From Candidatus Poribacteria bacterium (lineage in GTDB: Bacteria; Poribacteria; WGA-4E; WGA-3G): 64,000 bases of DNA. The notes beneath the pieces are model-generated. The model did not search any database. It worked only from the letters and a program-made list of their open reading frames with translations, and was not told the origin of the DNA. Where the stretch lies: positions 1,376,001 through 1,440,000 of the forward strand of contig OZ243938.1 of NCBI GenBank assembly GCA_965214095.1. The letters are read 5' to 3'. Below are positions 61,541 through 64,000 of this stretch, in pieces. The number at the start of each line of letters is the position of its first letter. The stretch's first letter is position 1. The translations under genes and the position numbers were made by a program.

Positions 61541-63169
61541 TTATCTTTCAAACACAATCCGTACATCAGAAAAAATACCATTCTCATCAACATGCACATC
61601 GGCAGTAATAGGTCCGAGAGATTCCAACGGAAAGAGATTATCTTTAAGTCGTCTCATTAAAACTGCATCTAATCTATAACCAGATAAAGAGGCAATCATC
61701 GTTGTTATCGGTATAAAACGCGTTATTTCAGGGACTAAATAATTAGGTTGAATATATGTCTGTAGACTATCTTCAGAAAACACTACATCACTTAGTTCAG
61801 GTGTGTCTCCTGAATATGTATCAAGCACGGACTTTATACCGGTTAACGTTGTGCTAAAAATGAAATCCTCACCTACCGTTGCGTACGCTCCTGTAAGTGC
61901 TAATAAAAAATTCAGACGTATCCTGACAGGTTGCACAGTAATCCCTTTGTAATTTTGTGTTTCAAGGAACTCAAGTGGTAGACCCGATACACTGATTTTC
62001 ACGTTCTTTAACCTATCTAAGTCTGTGACAAAAGTATCAGTTTCTTTTACTGGTACACGCAGAATTAAAGATGGGAACTTAGATACATCACCTTCACTAT
62101 GTGAAACTAACGCGAGAGTCATCTCTTTATTAAAATGCTGCAATATATTGATATCGCCTGAATCTATTTCAATTGCTAAGTTGTCATCCACAAGTTTTGC
62201 AAACTTAGGCCAATCTTGGTTTGGATTGAATGTTACCAAGGCAGTTTGTTCAGGAAGATATCTGGGTTTTACATTTTTTTCTGATTGAGATGATTGCGGC
62301 ACATCAGAATTACTATAACGACTCTGAGATATAATTACTCCGTTCTCATAACGATTGCCAAATACCCAATAATCTTTGTTATTTTTCCATTGAGATAATG
62401 TTCCTATGATTGAATCACTATTGTCCGCCAGACTATTTATTAACGCTGTGAACTGAGAAACATCAAAATATCCAGTATTTTTATCGTTATCGTAACTATG
62501 TTGTATCTCCTCTTTTATTTTATGTTTTACAAGGAATCCGTCTCTTTTCCCAGCATATATGTCAATCACTTCAGCTAATAACAGTGGATTGAGACTTAAA
62601 ACCCCAATCTTACCGATGAAAGTATAACTAAAATCAAGTGGATAACCAGTGATAGTGTTTATTGTCAGGTCGTTGTATTTTGTTTGAATCCGTTCATATT
62701 TTGGATTTATAGCATCAGTAGCAATGATTGCTTCAATTGCCAGTTTTTCCGCTCCACCAACTTCTGTGATAAGTAAGAAGGAAAGTTCTCCTTCACGTTG
62801 ATACAAGGCAAGAATTGCTTCTGTTCCAAAGTGTCCCTTGACCGCATTCATATCAAGTCTACCACCCATCTCCGATTCCCAAACCCATTTCTGATATTCC
62901 AATTGTCTCCACCAGAGTTGGTTTTTAATATAACTGAGGATAGGCATTTGTGCAACCTGTTTCCCAAACTCACTGCGGTTAAAGGTATTAATCAGTCCAT
63001 CAAGTTCCTTAAGGGTTAGGTAGCACAACGGTGTTTCAGGTAACAAGGTAATAAGACTCTGTTCGGGTTTCCAGAGTGCAGTTTGATGATAGACAACTGA
63101 AAACAAAACGATCACACCTATCAATGCAACCAGAATAATGAGGAGTAGTTTTTTTCTTGTGATTTTCAT
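61541..63169 (-). CDS. Membrane-anchored hypothetical protein
   Basis: N-terminal TM anchor; 542-aa ORF. Confidence 0.7.
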   Translation of the reverse strand: MKITRKKLLLIILVALIGVIVLFSVVYHQTALWKPEQSLITLLPETPLCYLTLKELDGLINTFNRSEFGKQVAQMPILSYIKNQLWWRQLEYQKWVWESEMGGRLDMNAVKGHFGTEAILALYQREGELSFLLITEVGGAEKLAIEAIIATDAINPKYERIQTKYNDLTINTITGYPLDFSYTFIGKIGVLSLNPLLLAEVIDIYAGKRDGFLVKHKIKEEIQHSYDNDKNTGYFDVSQFTALINSLADNSDSIIGTLSQWKNNKDYWVFGNRYENGVIISQSRYSNSDVPQSSQSEKNVKPRYLPEQTALVTFNPNQDWPKFAKLVDDNLAIEIDSGDINILQHFNKEMTLALVSHSEGDVSKFPSLILRVPVKETDTFVTDLDRLKNVKISVSGLPLEFLETQNYKGITVQPVRIRLNFLLALTGAYATVGEDFIFSTTLTGIKSVLDTYSGDTPELSDVVFSEDSLQTYIQPNYLVPEITRFIPITTMIASLSGYRLDAVLMRRLKDNLFPLESLGPITADVHVDENGIFSDVRIVFER

Positions 63170-63297
63170 AACGGTAGATACCTACTCTGATGCATCAAGT
63201 TTTCATTTCTATTGATTATAGCACAATGGGGCTCAATAGACAATGCAATATTGATATTGTGAAATAGAAGGAATTGCTGTAAAATCATTGTATTATT

Positions 63298-64000
63298 ATG
63301 GATCAAGGTGTACATCAAACAACTCATTCATCAAAAATTCGACCAGTTACAATCCTTCTGATCTGTGTGTTGGTCCCGCTGAACTGTTGGTGGGTCTCTG
63401 CTTCTATATTGCGAGGAGGTGGAAGTCCAACACAGGTATCCCTATTCTACAATGCTGTAACTACAATGCTAATCCTACTGGGAATTGGACTTCTGTTACG
63501 TCGTCTGAATCGGGTTTTTGCGTTAAATCGCGCAGAATTGTTGGTGATTTACTCCTGTATCTCTATAGGTGCAGGACTCGCAGGCGTAGATAGATTCCTC
63601 GTGTTAATGCCGCTCATTAGTCATGCACAATGGTTTGCCACTCCCGAAAACGATTGGATTAACCTGTTCCATCTCCACATCCCTGAATGGTTAATACTCA
63701 GCAATAAACGGGTTCTTGAAGGATACTACTATGGGTTTTCAAGCATATACGAAACACACAACCTTGTGGCATGGTTACCCAAGATCTTTTGGTGGACACT
63801 ATTTATCGTTGCTGTGCACCTTGTTATGTTGTGTATGTGTTTGATTTTCAGAAAGCAGTGGGTTGAATCTGAACGACTAAGCTACCCGATTATCCAACTA
63901 CCGTATGAATTGACTGCACCCAAAGGCAGATTTTTCCGTTCACCCTGGATGTGGTTAGGGTTATCCATAGGTGTTACAATAGATATTATCAACGGGTTAA
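63298..64000 (+). CDS. Polytopic membrane protein (DUF6785/OPT-like), runs off the window
   Basis: Open frame from ATG 63298: ELLVIY, WFATPENDW, RKQWVESERLSYPIIQLP; absent from the ORF track because no stop lies in the window. Confidence 0.75.
   Translation, partial: MDQGVHQTTHSSKIRPVTILLICVLVPLNCWWVSASILRGGGSPTQVSLFYNAVTTMLILLGIGLLLRRLNRVFALNRAELLVIYSCISIGAGLAGVDRFLVLMPLISHAQWFATPENDWINLFHLHIPEWLILSNKRVLEGYYYGFSSIYETHNLVAWLPKIFWWTLFIVAVHLVMLCMCLIFRKQWVESERLSYPIIQLPYELTAPKGRFFRSPWMWLGLSIGVTIDIINGL

Noticed and set aside
840-63593. Many short antisense or overlapping ORFs in the track (e.g. 840-1304, 13278-13769, 35778-36344, 58331-58861, 63288-63593)
   Set aside because: Shadow frames of well-supported genes, with no motifs or RBS

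Overview
AT-rich (roughly 38-40% GC by eye), gene-dense region of a diderm bacterial chromosome. The gene content (WD40 and PhyH proteins, Gfo/Idh/MocA oxidoreductases, PorV, secreted proteins ending in a 'V-x-P-x-GK...W-G/A-x-LK' tail) resembles Candidatus Poribacteria; this assignment is an inference. Housekeeping blocks: an msbA-like ABC transporter, larC, recQ, an envelope operon (lolC/E-lolD-ilvE-bamA-skp-lpxD-DGGGP synthase-like), lysS, prfB with its +1 frameshift, lnt, rqcH, groEL, yebC-ruvCAB-queA-yajC, cysM and infA. Highlights: (1) three short ORF fragments at 40246-41265 join into one secreted two-domain peroxiredoxin. Both peroxidatic Cys positions are in-frame TGA codons, each followed by a SECIS-like hairpin, so this is a candidate double-selenocysteine protein. 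(2) Five secreted proteins share a short C-terminal W-x-x-[LIM]-K tail and sit near a PorV homologue, a candidate sorting signal. (3) A sigma-70 factor carries a tandem duplication of regions 1.2 and 2. (4) An archaeal-type DGGGP-synthase-like gene lies in the outer-membrane biogenesis operon. (5) Two otherwise unrelated orphans share a 'CPxC...FCLxCDWD' tail. (6) Smaller features: an unannotated 42-aa ORF upstream of a VapBC-like pair, shared ECF-like promoters and REP/MITE-like repeats. No rRNA, tRNA, CRISPR array, transposase or prophage was seen.
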